Below the pieces are notes generated by a model. The model was not told the origin of the DNA, did no database searches, and saw only the letters and a program-made list of their open reading frames with translations. From Bythopirellula sp. (GTDB taxonomy: Bacteria; Planctomycetota; Planctomycetia; Pirellulales; Lacipirellulaceae), in the NCBI GenBank assembly GCA_965216565.1, contig OZ244170.1:1760001-1824000 (forward strand): DNA of 64,000 nt, given 5' to 3'. Shown one piece after another: positions 41,906-51,880 of this stretch (its first letter is position 1; each line of letters starts with the position of its first letter). Both the position numbers and the translations under genes were made by a program.

Positions 41906-42529
41906 CTAGTTCTCACTAGGTTCGGTGACACCCAATTTATCGAGCGCCTCACGCACCAAAGCTGCCTGTCGGTCGGGAGTAATGTCCTGGCGAACTACCT
42001 TTTCGGCCAAGTCGACCGCCAGATTGGCACTAGTTTCGGCTAGCCCCTTCATGGCGTGATCCGCGGCACGTTCGACATCGCGAACAGCCCGATCCCGCTC
42101 AGAATCGGCTGCCTTCTTGGCCTCTTCGAGGATGCTCGCCTTGGTATGCTCGGCATCGCGTCGCGCTTCGTCGAGCAAAGCTCGCACCTCATCCGCCGCA
42201 CCAGCCAACTTGGCTTCATGCTGCGCTAGAAGCTGCTTAGCGTCTTCATGCTTCGCCTCTGCCGCGGCAATGTTGTCTGCAATTCGCTCTTCGCGCTCGA
42301 CGAGAGCAGTGGAAATCACTGGCCAAGCGAACTTACTGAGGATCGCGAACAACAACAGGAACACCACCCCAGTCCAGATGGCCAAGTCGATATCAACGGC
42401 CAATGGATTGGGATTTCCGGTGTGCTCCCCGGCGTGCCCAGCTTCGGCGGCGCACAGGCAGTCGACACAATCAATGTAGACCAACTGAAGTGCAACTGAA
42501 GCCACAAGAAATAGTCGCGCTAGTCTCAT
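41906..42529 (-). CDS. atpF: ATP synthase Fo subunit b
   Basis: IWTGVVFLLLFAILSKFAWP...REERI followed by a coiled coil. Confidence 0.93.
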   Translation of the reverse strand: MRLARLFLVASVALQLVYIDCVDCLCAAEAGHAGEHTGNPNPLAVDIDLAIWTGVVFLLLFAILSKFAWPVISTALVEREERIADNIAAAEAKHEDAKQLLAQHEAKLAGAADEVRALLDEARRDAEHTKASILEEAKKAADSERDRAVRDVERAADHAMKGLAETSANLAVDLAEKVVRQDITPDRQAALVREALDKLGVTEPSEN

Positions 42530-42636
42530 ACTAAACCCTTATTCGCACACCTCGGAAATCCTAGGCCGGCGAGTCGCACTTGACTCTACCGGCCAAAGAG
42601 ACATGAATACTCATTCATGCGGGCAATCCAAGATGT

Positions 42637-42975
42637 CTAAGCCCCATAATTAAACAACATGCAAACGATCAAGGCGAAAAATGTCGCCCCTTCGATCAGA
42701 GCAGCGGAAATAATCATAGCAGTTTGGATGTTGCCGGCGGCCTCAGGTTGACGAGACATACCTTCAACAGCCTGGCCTCCAATGCGACCTATTCCCAGGG
42801 CTGCGCCAATAATAACCAATCCAGCACCAAGAGCCGGACCAAAGTTAAAGCTGTAAGACGGAGCCTTGGCTTCGGCAAGCGCGACTGGATCAGGGGCTTC
42901 TTCCTGGGCAAAAGCGGGTGCTGCTGTGGATAGGACTGCTAAACTTAACACCAATACTTTCATCAATTTAAACAC
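42637..42975 (-). CDS. atpE: ATP synthase Fo subunit c, with signal-peptide-like N-terminal extension
   Basis: GAALGIG, RQPE loop and ion-binding Glu in ALIEGATFF. GTG start after AGGAG. Confidence 0.95.
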   Translation of the reverse strand: MFKLMKVLVLSLAVLSTAAPAFAQEEAPDPVALAEAKAPSYSFNFGPALGAGLVIIGAALGIGRIGGQAVEGMSRQPEAAGNIQTAMIISAALIEGATFFALIVCMLFNYGA

Positions 42976-43038
42976 GACTTGTTAACTCCTTAGTTTCCAA
43001 TAGTCAGGAAATTGAACCATCGAATACGAAAATCTGAC

Positions 43039-43947
43039 TTAGTGAGGATGTACTGCCGCACCGATAAACAGTGCCGACAGAAACGTAAAAATGTAAGCCT
43101 GTAAAAACGCCACAAACAGTTCGAGCATGCTCAAAGCCGTGCCACCGAGAACGCTCGCCAAAGTGACGCTCCCCCAAATTGCATTGCCTGCCCCATAGCT
43201 GGCAGCGATGAAGGCAAGGATCACAGCCAGCACCACGTGACCGGCCATCATGTTAGCCAAGAGACGAACGGCAAGAACTGCGTGTTTAATCACGAGACCC
43301 AAAATCTCGATGACAAATATCAAAGGTATCAGGAAGATCGCAATGGGTTTAGGCAGGTCCATGTGGGGGACTTGGGCTTTCCAAAATCCAACCACGCCTA
43401 GCCGTGCCATGCCGGCACCACAGACCACAATGAACGTAACCAGCGCCAGTGCCCCGGTTACCGCCAAAGCACCGGTCGGCGATCCCACCCAGGGAATCAT
43501 CCCCATTAAATTGCAGCCCAGCACGAACAGAAACATCGTCCACAGGAATGGGACGAATTTGTCACCATCTTGCTTCCCAATGCATGGTCGAGCAATCTCA
43601 TCGCGGAGGAACAGCAGGAATACTTCTAGCATGTTCCACAGCTTGCCTTTGACGTTCGCACCACCCTTAATCCTAGCTGCCAGTATGCAGAACAGCAGGA
43701 TGATCAGCAGTGCCACGACCACTTCAATCACCATAAATTTGGTGAGTTTCAAATCGAGTGGCTTGATCGTGTTATCAATCAATTCGTTGCCGGTCTGCAT
43801 CTCGATCAGTGGCTCATCGAGAAGCAGCGGCTGAGGGAGATTTATGTGCCCATGACTTCCCTCAGGCGCAAGTACCTTCGGCACATGGAAGTACGTTGCG
43901 TCTTCCACGTGGCCAAATAGTTCGTTAGGAGCGAGGGCGTCTGACAT
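43039..43947 (-). CDS. atpB: ATP synthase Fo subunit a
   Basis: Motifs LAVRLLANMMAGH and ELFVAFLQAYIF. Confidence 0.96.
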   Translation of the reverse strand: MSDALAPNELFGHVEDATYFHVPKVLAPEGSHGHINLPQPLLLDEPLIEMQTGNELIDNTIKPLDLKLTKFMVIEVVVALLIILLFCILAARIKGGANVKGKLWNMLEVFLLFLRDEIARPCIGKQDGDKFVPFLWTMFLFVLGCNLMGMIPWVGSPTGALAVTGALALVTFIVVCGAGMARLGVVGFWKAQVPHMDLPKPIAIFLIPLIFVIEILGLVIKHAVLAVRLLANMMAGHVVLAVILAFIAASYGAGNAIWGSVTLASVLGGTALSMLELFVAFLQAYIFTFLSALFIGAAVHPH

Positions 43948-43975
43948 GGGGAGTTATGAATCTATACAGAATGGA

Positions 43976-44401
43976 TTAATGCGCTTGTTTGCGATTCAAC
44001 ATCGTAACGGACAAAAAAGTTTCAACAGCTAAGGCAACCATATAAAACAGTAGCAAATAAGACACAAAATGCATCTTTTCTAATCCAGTTGTTTTCAATG
44101 CCAGAACTAGGCAAACCAACAGCGGCGGCATCGAACGCAGAGCCATTCCAGACAGAATTGCTCCCATGGCATGCGGAGTTCCAAGAAAGCGATGACTCAC
44201 AGCTAACGCCAGGAGAGAGGGCAACAAGCAAAGAAGACTTGCCACACTACATTCGATCAAGCCGCGAACCCCCTGCAGCCAATAAGCCACCGGTAGTGTC
44301 AGCATCAGGACCAAAATTAACGCGCTTGCAAGAACCGCGGAGTTTGGTGCGAGACGACCGCTACTCAACTTCGATGTCCAGTTTTCTACTATCTGACTCA
44401 C
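43976..44401 (-). CDS. AtpI-like four-TM membrane protein
   Basis: Four hydrophobic segments, directly upstream of atpB. Confidence 0.6.
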   Translation of the reverse strand: MSQIVENWTSKLSSGRLAPNSAVLASALILVLMLTLPVAYWLQGVRGLIECSVASLLCLLPSLLALAVSHRFLGTPHAMGAILSGMALRSMPPLLVCLVLALKTTGLEKMHFVSYLLLFYMVALAVETFLSVTMLNRKQAH

Positions 44402-44419
44402 AGAGTCGAAATCCTCTTA

Positions 44420-44671
44420 TCAGCTGTTATTCGCTGAGTCGTCGTTCTGATGATTATTGGACGACGATCGAGCCAACTTAATCAGTTGCATAATGGCTGC
44501 GGTGCAACCTAGGGCAAATCCAATCAACATGAACAAAGCAACCGTACCGAGTTTTTGATCCAGCCAATATCCTGCTAGACCGGGAAGCACCATCACCATG
44601 GAAATGGTCATGGTTCGGGTGGCCCATTCTGAAGCCCGAGCCATCGGTGAGCGGCTGTCAGGCGAGTCCAT
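44420..44671 (-). CDS. AtpZ/AtpI-family small membrane protein
   Basis: GYWLDQKLGT motif between two TM helices. First gene of the atp operon. Confidence 0.8.
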   Translation of the reverse strand: MDSPDSRSPMARASEWATRTMTISMVMVLPGLAGYWLDQKLGTVALFMLIGFALGCTAAIMQLIKLARSSSNNHQNDDSANNS

Positions 44672-45458
44672 ATCGCGGAAAATCCTTCAAAAAGCCAAGC
44701 CACACAGGAAGGATCGCCAAAGGTTGGCGACTCCGGCTTTGCCCGCAGGCTTTGCTTCTTTTCTCACGTTTGACCTTGGGCCCCACGATTGCGGACTAAT
44801 CTAATTCGCCCTTCGGATTGCGCAAAGGGGAATTCGTGCATTTTTTCACAAAGTATCTTCCAGACTCTAAAAACCGTACTGAAACCTCTTTTTCGCGCTG
44901 CTGCCCACAGGTTGCGAAAACGAACTTTCAGGTCGCCAATCAGGTTCCAAAGCCGACTTCATTAGATAGCTCTTCCATGAATTGCAATCTATGTAACATG
45001 TTGTAATTAAAGACTTTAGAACATGGACTCGTTTCGAAAAACTTGCGAATTATCGATTTTGCGAGTATTATCTATTTTGACGAATCTAATGACCTGTCGC
45101 GAGTATCGAACTCCTGAAGACGGGCGGGGCATCTGGAATTGTGGGATTGGTGAGATTGGGTCGACATGCGCTCCATGCGGTGGAGTGCGGCTTGAATTCT
45201 AACTTTATCTTGCGCTCCGTTGTCTTTCCAAACTTCAACGTGATCGCGCGGGAACAGTCCAATTTTCTCCCCAGACGGACTTAGATTCCCCCCACACGCC
45301 ACCGGCTGGCTAGGGAAGACCGGCAGTGCATCCAACGCAGTGTGCCCTTATTTTTGGGGCCGCGGCCACTGGTTGCACTTAATTCTATCAGGGACGATAC
45401 CCCCCCTCCGGGGCCTAAGTCCCGGAGAACCTTCCACCGTGAGAGGTTCTCGATAGCA

Positions 45459-46559
45459 ATGACAGCCGCAACCCTACGTTCACATACCGCCAGAGATTTG
45501 GCCCACATTGCTCGCCAAAACGGAGTTACCGGTTGGCACTCTATGCGCAAGGAAGAGCTTATCAAAGCGCTCGTCAAGCTAGCCCGCAAGCGCGCGCTCA
45601 ATACCTCGCTGACCAATGGCGAAGTTTCGTCGGTCAATGCAAGTAAGGCAAACGGAGATCAAGGCAAAACAGTCGATCCCGAAGTACAGAAAAGGATCGA
45701 CCAACTAAAGAGCAAACTGGCCACAGCCAAGAATATCGCCGCCAGTACCCGCTCCGCAAGCGAGACCGAACCACAGCATGATCGGCTAGTGGTCATGGTG
45801 CGAGACCCCTATTGGCTTCATGCCGTTTGGGAACTTTCGCAGCGAAGCGTGGATCGCGCCCGTGCCGCTATGGGACAGCGTTGGCACAAATCGAAACCGA
45901 TCCTGCGAGTTTTTCGCATCAAAGAAGCGGGAGCATCTTCCCACGAGAAGGACATTCAAATCCACGGCGGCGTGAGCAATTGGTACGTCGACGTAGAAAA
46001 TCCCCCTTGCCAATTCCGCATGGAAATCGGCTATCAGTCGGAAGACAGATCGTTCTACTGCCTTGCTCGCAGCAATACGGTGAAAACTCCTCCCTCGGGG
46101 ACCAGTGATGCCGTCGACGAAAACTGGACCGATGTCGCAGAAAACGCAGATCGCATCTACGCCATGAGTGGCGGCTATACCCCCGGTGGCACAAGCCGCG
46201 AGCTACAAGAACTGCTTGAAGAACGGCTGAGAAGACCCTTGGGTTCGCCCATGAATACGCGGTACGGACAGGGAGCTGCTGGTTTGTCCTCCACGGACGA
46301 CAGCATGCGGTTTGCCGTCGATGCCGAGGTGATTGTCTACGGAGCCATTAACCGTGATGCTCACGTCACGCTGAAGGGCGAACCCGTCCAGCTTCGCGCT
46401 GATGGCACCTTCGCGGTTCGGCTCAGTTTGCCGGACCAACGCCAGGTGATCCCTATTGTCGCTAGTTCTAGCGACGGCGTGGAACAACAAACGGTGATCC
46501 TTGCCGTTGAGCGGAATACGAAGCTGATGGAACCGGTAGTTCGCGATATCACGCGGTAG
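45459..46559 (+). CDS. DUF4912-type protein with N-terminal Rho_N-like (HeH) domain
   Basis: LAHIARQNGVTGWHSMRKEELIKAL, LVVMVRDPYWLHAVWE, NWYVDV, LARSNTVKTP and a C-terminal beta domain. Probable start ATG 45459. Confidence 0.8.
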   Translation: MTAATLRSHTARDLAHIARQNGVTGWHSMRKEELIKALVKLARKRALNTSLTNGEVSSVNASKANGDQGKTVDPEVQKRIDQLKSKLATAKNIAASTRSASETEPQHDRLVVMVRDPYWLHAVWELSQRSVDRARAAMGQRWHKSKPILRVFRIKEAGASSHEKDIQIHGGVSNWYVDVENPPCQFRMEIGYQSEDRSFYCLARSNTVKTPPSGTSDAVDENWTDVAENADRIYAMSGGYTPGGTSRELQELLEERLRRPLGSPMNTRYGQGAAGLSSTDDSMRFAVDAEVIVYGAINRDAHVTLKGEPVQLRADGTFAVRLSLPDQRQVIPIVASSSDGVEQQTVILAVERNTKLMEPVVRDITR

Positions 46560-46608
46560 ACCTCAATGGGCAATCGTGCTCCAATGCACCCTAAGGGAGT
46601 GTCATTTC

Positions 46609-47454
46609 ATGAGCACACAATCATCTACTGCGACCGCTGATCAGTTAGTTACCAACTTAGCTGAGTTGGGCAGCTGTATCGTGGCGTTCTCTGGGGGTGT
46701 CGATAGCGCGGTGGTTGCCAAGGCAGCGCACTTGGCCTTGGGAGATCGTGCCATTGCCGTCACCGGCGTCAGTGCAAGTCTGGCCCAAGGGGAATTGCAA
46801 ACAGCCGAGCGAATCGCCAAGGCCATCGGCATTCGCCATCTCACGAGTGATACCGAAGAGCTAAACAACGCCGAATACCTGGCTAACCGTCCGAATCGCT
46901 GCTGGCATTGCAAGGACGAACTCTACGGGCAGCTTGCACGTCACGCGACAGAACTGAAGTGCCAATGGATTGTCAATGGTGCCAATGTCGACGACCTGGG
47001 TGATTTTCGACCTGGCATGAAAGCAGCCGCCGAGCACAATGTGCGCAGCCCTCTGGCAGAATGTGGGATCGATAAGGCCACTGTTCGCGAGCTGGCCCAA
47101 AGCTGGGACCTCGAAGTCTGGGACAAACCCGCAACGCCATGCCTCTCTAGCCGAGTTGTCTACGGCTTGGAGATAACGCCCGCACGACTGGCCAGAATCG
47201 ATGCTGCCGAGCAATTCCTACGCAATCAAGGGCTCGACGGTGTTCGGGTCCGTTACCACCAGGATGACTTAGCTCGACTCGAAGTATCTCTGGAAGACCT
47301 CCCCAAGCTAACAGCCGGCACGCTTCGGGCGCAGATTGCCAAACGCTTCAGACAGCTTGGCTTCAAGTATGTGACGCTAGATTTGGAAGGCTTTCGTAGT
47401 GGCAGTTTTCATCAGCTTGTGCCCAGTGAAGAGCTTGTTTCACTGAAATTCTAG
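46609..47454 (+). CDS. larE: ATP-dependent sacrificial sulfur transferase LarE family
   Basis: PP-loop AFSGGVDS, NRCWHCK, DDLGDFRPG, PCLSSR and DLEGFRSGS. Confidence 0.88.
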   Translation: MSTQSSTATADQLVTNLAELGSCIVAFSGGVDSAVVAKAAHLALGDRAIAVTGVSASLAQGELQTAERIAKAIGIRHLTSDTEELNNAEYLANRPNRCWHCKDELYGQLARHATELKCQWIVNGANVDDLGDFRPGMKAAAEHNVRSPLAECGIDKATVRELAQSWDLEVWDKPATPCLSSRVVYGLEITPARLARIDAAEQFLRNQGLDGVRVRYHQDDLARLEVSLEDLPKLTAGTLRAQIAKRFRQLGFKYVTLDLEGFRSGSFHQLVPSEELVSLKF

Positions 47455-47457
47455 CCA

Positions 47458-48048
47458 CTATTTTCGCATAGCCCGAAACATTCCCCGACCGCCCTCGATG
47501 GGATCAAGCCCCCGCTCTTCGCGACGGTCGTTGAGCATGTCTTTGAATTTGTCGAACTTGGCACGCATTTCGGGCGTGGTTTTGTCGAGCATTTCCTTAC
47601 GCCGCTGATCGCGGTCGGCGTCTGACATATTCTTCCTATTCCCTCCCGGCCCACCTTGGCCTCTGCCTTGGCCATCGGCATCGCGAGAGGCCTTCCGTTG
47701 TTCCATCCGATCGATGATCTCGTCCAATTTCTCGTTTTGCTCTTCAGGGGACATTTCGAGAAACTTGTTCATCCGATCGAGCATCATCTTCTGAAAAATG
47801 GGGCGGCTGCTTTCAAAGAATTGCTTCTTTTGTGCTTCGGTCAGCTCACCGATGCGATCTCGAAAATTGCCCCATTGGTCTCGTCGTTCTTGGTCGGACA
47901 TTTGGTCCATTCGGCCAATGTTTTCATCTCTCATTTTTTCCAACTCTGCAACCTGCGGATCCATGCCGCTAAACATGCCCAAGGCCCATGCTGCGCTGAG
48001 ACCGACGATCACAAAGACACCCATCAGTGTCATCTTATTGTTTTCCAT
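47458..48048 (-). CDS. Membrane-anchored or secreted helical hypothetical protein (R/E/M/G-rich)
   Basis: N-terminal hydrophobic helix and repeated MS..E.. helical units. 35 nt downstream of the DUF1559 gene. Confidence 0.7.
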   Translation of the reverse strand: MENNKMTLMGVFVIVGLSAAWALGMFSGMDPQVAELEKMRDENIGRMDQMSDQERRDQWGNFRDRIGELTEAQKKQFFESSRPIFQKMMLDRMNKFLEMSPEEQNEKLDEIIDRMEQRKASRDADGQGRGQGGPGGNRKNMSDADRDQRRKEMLDKTTPEMRAKFDKFKDMLNDRREERGLDPIEGGRGMFRAMRK

Positions 48049-48083
48049 GGCATCACTCCCTCGGTTTGAATTTTCTCAATATT

Positions 48084-48719
48084 TTATTCGGCAACGATCA
48101 GAGCATCGACATGCCCGTCGAGGTATAGGAAATTTCTGGAACCGTTATCACCTGGCGAACCGTGAAAAGATTCGAAGTCATAGACAATCCAAAACTCGTG
48201 CGTGCCCCGTGTGGCTCCGCTGCGACGATTGACAACTTGTTGACGTGTTCGACCTTCTAACCGGAAAGAAGGATACTCGTAACTGCTGCCTTCGTTATTG
48301 AAGTAGGAATCACCGGGCTGATAGTCAGCACCATCGAATTCCCGCACGTAGCCATCGTAAGCGGCCGTATCAGTTGTGGGGTTCAGTGGGCCATAGTCGT
48401 TGGGGCACCGATAGATCTCACGATTGTTTTCGCCGTAGCCTGCCAAGATTTTGTGTAGCGGCCACGTGCTTTTGTCGTTCTCGTCAAATGGTGTGACGGA
48501 CGACAAAATCGCAGCTTCGGGAAACTCTCCCCGCTCTCCTTGGGCATCGAGGTACTGAGTGAGGGCGAGCCCAATTTGGCGAAGGTTGGAGATACACTGG
48601 GTCCGGCGACTAGCTTGCCGCGCCTCTTGTACCGCAGGCAGAAGCAATCCAATGAGCACCCCAATGATTGAGATCACCACTAGCAACTCCACCAAGGTGA
48701 ATGCATGCGATTTCCTCAT
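48084..48719 (-). CDS. Prepilin-type N-terminal cleavage/methylation DUF1559 protein
   Basis: [29 protein letters not shown]...[11 protein letters not shown], with C-terminal H...NFLYLDGHV. Confidence 0.9.
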   Translation of the reverse strand: MRKSHAFTLVELLVVISIIGVLIGLLLPAVQEARQASRRTQCISNLRQIGLALTQYLDAQGERGEFPEAAILSSVTPFDENDKSTWPLHKILAGYGENNREIYRCPNDYGPLNPTTDTAAYDGYVREFDGADYQPGDSYFNNEGSSYEYPSFRLEGRTRQQVVNRRSGATRGTHEFWIVYDFESFHGSPGDNGSRNFLYLDGHVDALIVAE

Positions 48720-48960
48720 GGCCTTAAATTCCCTAATCTAATTCCCACAATCTTCTGGATGAGCGGGCACAATCCTAAGTTAAGTCTGCATCTCTCCCGC
48801 AATAGTATGAAACCCGCCGATTATGAAAAGAGTCGGAGAATTCGAAAAAATCATGCGGAAACTTCGGCTAACCTAAGTTCCACACGGTATTCCTAGGCAA
48901 TAGAGGACCCCGGCCACGATTCGTCTCGAGGCCACTTTCAGAAAAATTTCCAGCTTCAGC

Positions 48961-50994
48961 CTACTTGGCAATTACCAACGGGCTGAAGATCACGTACAGA
49001 ATCAGAGTGAGGATCACGCAGATGATCCCGGCCGTTAGCGCCCCCTTGGAGCCACTCAAATCCATGTCAGTTTCGGATTTGAACTCAACGGGTTCTTTCA
49101 GCGGCGCTAACAATCGCATGAGAACCATGACGGCAATGCAGATGCCGAAAACAATGGCCATGCGATTCAAAAACTGCACGGACGGCAAGGCAAACTTAAG
49201 CCCCGCATAACAAACAATACTGGTTAGAAGTCCAACTACACCTGCAGACCGAGGGCAACGCCTCAGAATAAGACCGACTACAAAGACCGCTAAGATTCCC
49301 GGTGAGATCAAACCTTGCGATTCTTGGATGATTGTGAAGATCGAATTAGAGATGTTTGGGTCTCCCAGCGCTGGCGCTAGTAAGCAAGCAATCACTGCAA
49401 ACACCACTACTGCAACGCGTCCCAGGAAAACGATGGTCGACTGCGAAGCATCTGGCATTGCATACTTGTGCAGTAGATCGAGCGTAAATATAGAAGAAGC
49501 CGCATTGAGCATCGCCGCCAGTGAGCTGATTACCGCCCCCAACAAAGCTGCGAGAACAAACCCAAATAGCCCCTTGTTCTGTGGGAGCATGCCCAGGAGA
49601 TTTCCTAATGCCGTGTCGTACTTATATGCCACCAGGGCTTGGGATGTAGTCTCTTTGTTGGCGTCAGCAGCCGCCTCGGTTATCGCCTCGTTGTGAGCGT
49701 CTACTTCCGCCGCTAACTCTGGATTGACATGTTTCCAAGCATGGTCTTCCGAGTGACTAAACGTCTGATGCTCTCCAGGCTCAGCATCTTCGAATTCTGT
49801 AGCCAATATCGAGAGCACGTAGGTATTCTCGTTCTCTGCCTCTTTCAACGAATCCTCGTCCTCGAAAACAGCGAGCAAATACGCGGGCCCCTGATGGCTT
49901 TCAATGGTCGCGGCACTGGGAGACTCAACCTTTTGAACATATTGTGTGTCGTCATTGGCCTTGAGATACAAAGTCATCGCTTTAGCTGAGTCACCACGCG
50001 AATCGAGTTGCATCTGTCCGTGAAAAAGATTGAACGCGATGATTCCAGGAATCACAACGACGAAGGGAATCACTAATTTCAAGAAAGCAGAGAAAACGAT
50101 ACCCTTCTGACCTTCCGAAAGAGACGAGGAACCCAGCGTTCGCTGCGTAATGTATTGATTGAGTCCCCAATAGTAAAAGTTGGGAATCCAGAGCCCAAGC
50201 AGCAGAGCGGTCCAAGGCAACACGTTGTCGCTCGCAGGTAAAAACATATTCAGTCGATTGGCATTCAAGTCCATGAATCGGTCCATGGCACCCTGATCGG
50301 CATCGAGTTGACGGATCTCGACTTCACCTGTGGCAACGTCAACAACCGTCGCGGCCTCCTCGGCACTGCCTAGCTGATCAAAGGCAAAGTACATGATAAG
50401 CGCACCACCGATAATCAGTGCCGAGCCTTGCAGCAAGTCAGCCCAGACAGAAGCTTTCAAACCTCCGGAGACAACGTAGATCATTGCGATCAACGCAATA
50501 AATAAAGAAGGTTGCCAGAGTTCAATACTAATACCGAACCGAGCACCAAGTGTCTTCACTGTTAACGCGCCAGAATAAGTGACCGCCCCTAAAAGCAACA
50601 AGTAGATCAAGACCGTTGCCGATGCCATGATCAACCGGGCAGTCGAGTTGAATCGATATTCCAGGAATTCTGGCATCGTGTAGATGCCGGCACGAAGGAA
50701 GTAGGGGAGGAAGCAAAAGGCAACGACGACCAAAGTGATTGCAGCCATCCACTCGTAACTAGCGATCGCCAGGCCTACATGACTCGCGGCGTTACCACTC
50801 ATGCCAACAAATTGCTCGGTGGAGATGTTAGCGGCAATCAGCGAAAAACCAATCAGCCACCAGCTCAATCCGCGTCCCGCCAGAAAGAAGTCTTGTGCAC
50901 TCTTTTCTTCCCCCTTAGACCGGCTCTTCCATAAACCAACTGCTACGACAGCAAGTATGAAACCTACGAATACAACAATATCGACAACGCCCAT
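48961..50994 (-). CDS. Sodium:solute symporter (SSS, sugar/vSGLT-like)
   Basis: Motifs FFLAGR, SLIAANISTEQFVG, YEWMAA, YWGLNQYITQR and SSLAAMLNAAS. Confidence 0.92.
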   Translation of the reverse strand: MGVVDIVVFVGFILAVVAVGLWKSRSKGEEKSAQDFFLAGRGLSWWLIGFSLIAANISTEQFVGMSGNAASHVGLAIASYEWMAAITLVVVAFCFLPYFLRAGIYTMPEFLEYRFNSTARLIMASATVLIYLLLLGAVTYSGALTVKTLGARFGISIELWQPSLFIALIAMIYVVSGGLKASVWADLLQGSALIIGGALIMYFAFDQLGSAEEAATVVDVATGEVEIRQLDADQGAMDRFMDLNANRLNMFLPASDNVLPWTALLLGLWIPNFYYWGLNQYITQRTLGSSSLSEGQKGIVFSAFLKLVIPFVVVIPGIIAFNLFHGQMQLDSRGDSAKAMTLYLKANDDTQYVQKVESPSAATIESHQGPAYLLAVFEDEDSLKEAENENTYVLSILATEFEDAEPGEHQTFSHSEDHAWKHVNPELAAEVDAHNEAITEAAADANKETTSQALVAYKYDTALGNLLGMLPQNKGLFGFVLAALLGAVISSLAAMLNAASSIFTLDLLHKYAMPDASQSTIVFLGRVAVVVFAVIACLLAPALGDPNISNSIFTIIQESQGLISPGILAVFVVGLILRRCPRSAGVVGLLTSIVCYAGLKFALPSVQFLNRMAIVFGICIAVMVLMRLLAPLKEPVEFKSETDMDLSGSKGALTAGIICVILTLILYVIFSPLVIAK

Positions 50995-51184
50995 ACCTGG
51001 ACCCTTTCGGAAAGCAGATTAAAACCACGCAATTAGAAATGCAGAGTTGCTCTGTAGACATCCCACCCCTGGAATAGCACGTATGATAATTAAAGAACGC
51101 GCGAAGTTCTACTAGGAGAGGCAATCTCCGCTAAAGCGCACAGAATAGGCTAACTTTTCCGATCAGATTCGGCTTGCGCGGGCC

Positions 51185-51880
51185 CTACTTGCTATGGTGA
51201 CGACGACGCACGACCGGCCGGCGGGCAGCTCGGCCACCTGTGGCGTTGTAACCATAATGAATGGCAAACCACTCGGCGTACCGCTCCCGGTCGGTGTAGC
51301 TCGTGTTGCGTTCGTCCAGCAAGTGGCCAAGTTCGTGGATCAATATATTGTTGAGATAGAAGTCTCGAATGGCTTTCTCGCTCCACTTCAATCGCCAGAT
51401 TCCAGGTCCCGGTTCGTCCCAACATCCGCCAAACATTTTCGACTCATTGACCACTTCCGGACGGGGCGGTCGGTGAAATATCTCTTCTAGCGACTCTTCT
51501 AGAGGATAAAGGTAGAGAGTCGCACTCCATTGCATCCCATAACAAGGAAAACTCTGTTTTTTACGAGTCATTGTGCTCATTTGCACCACTTCTAAGTCCT
51601 GCAGAAAGTGCTCTGGAAGCAATGCTAAACGCTGCCTGACATCGCCCGGCGTTAGAATGTGCCGGTATCCAGGTCCTGGGTTTTGGACAAGAACACGATA
51701 ACCATCGACGTCACCCTGTGGCTCGTGCCAATCCTCGGGAGGAGAAAACGGCAGACATTCATTTCGCGTGCCAAACTGGGTGCGTCGGGCGCGCTGCGAC
51801 CAACTGATCTGTGTCTTGGGTGCTTGAGGGGGAGCTTGCCTTGCGGCGGCTTTCGAGTGATAGTGACGACTGTTACGCAT
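51185..51880 (-). CDS. Hypothetical protein with HExxH zincin-like motif
   Basis: LIHELGH followed by ERYAE, with basic termini. Confidence 0.65.
   Translation of the reverse strand: MRNSRHYHSKAAARQAPPQAPKTQISWSQRARRTQFGTRNECLPFSPPEDWHEPQGDVDGYRVLVQNPGPGYRHILTPGDVRQRLALLPEHFLQDLEVVQMSTMTRKKQSFPCYGMQWSATLYLYPLEESLEEIFHRPPRPEVVNESKMFGGCWDEPGPGIWRLKWSEKAIRDFYLNNILIHELGHLLDERNTSYTDRERYAEWFAIHYGYNATGGRAARRPVVRRRHHSK

Noticed and set aside
42637..44671. Na+-translocating or N-type ATPase
   Set aside because: Gene order is the standard IBEFHAGDC with delta present, and the c subunit lacks the Na+-binding signature
45072..45335. 87-aa minus-strand ORF upstream of the atp operon
   Set aside because: No recognisable features, and it lies in the probable divergent regulatory region
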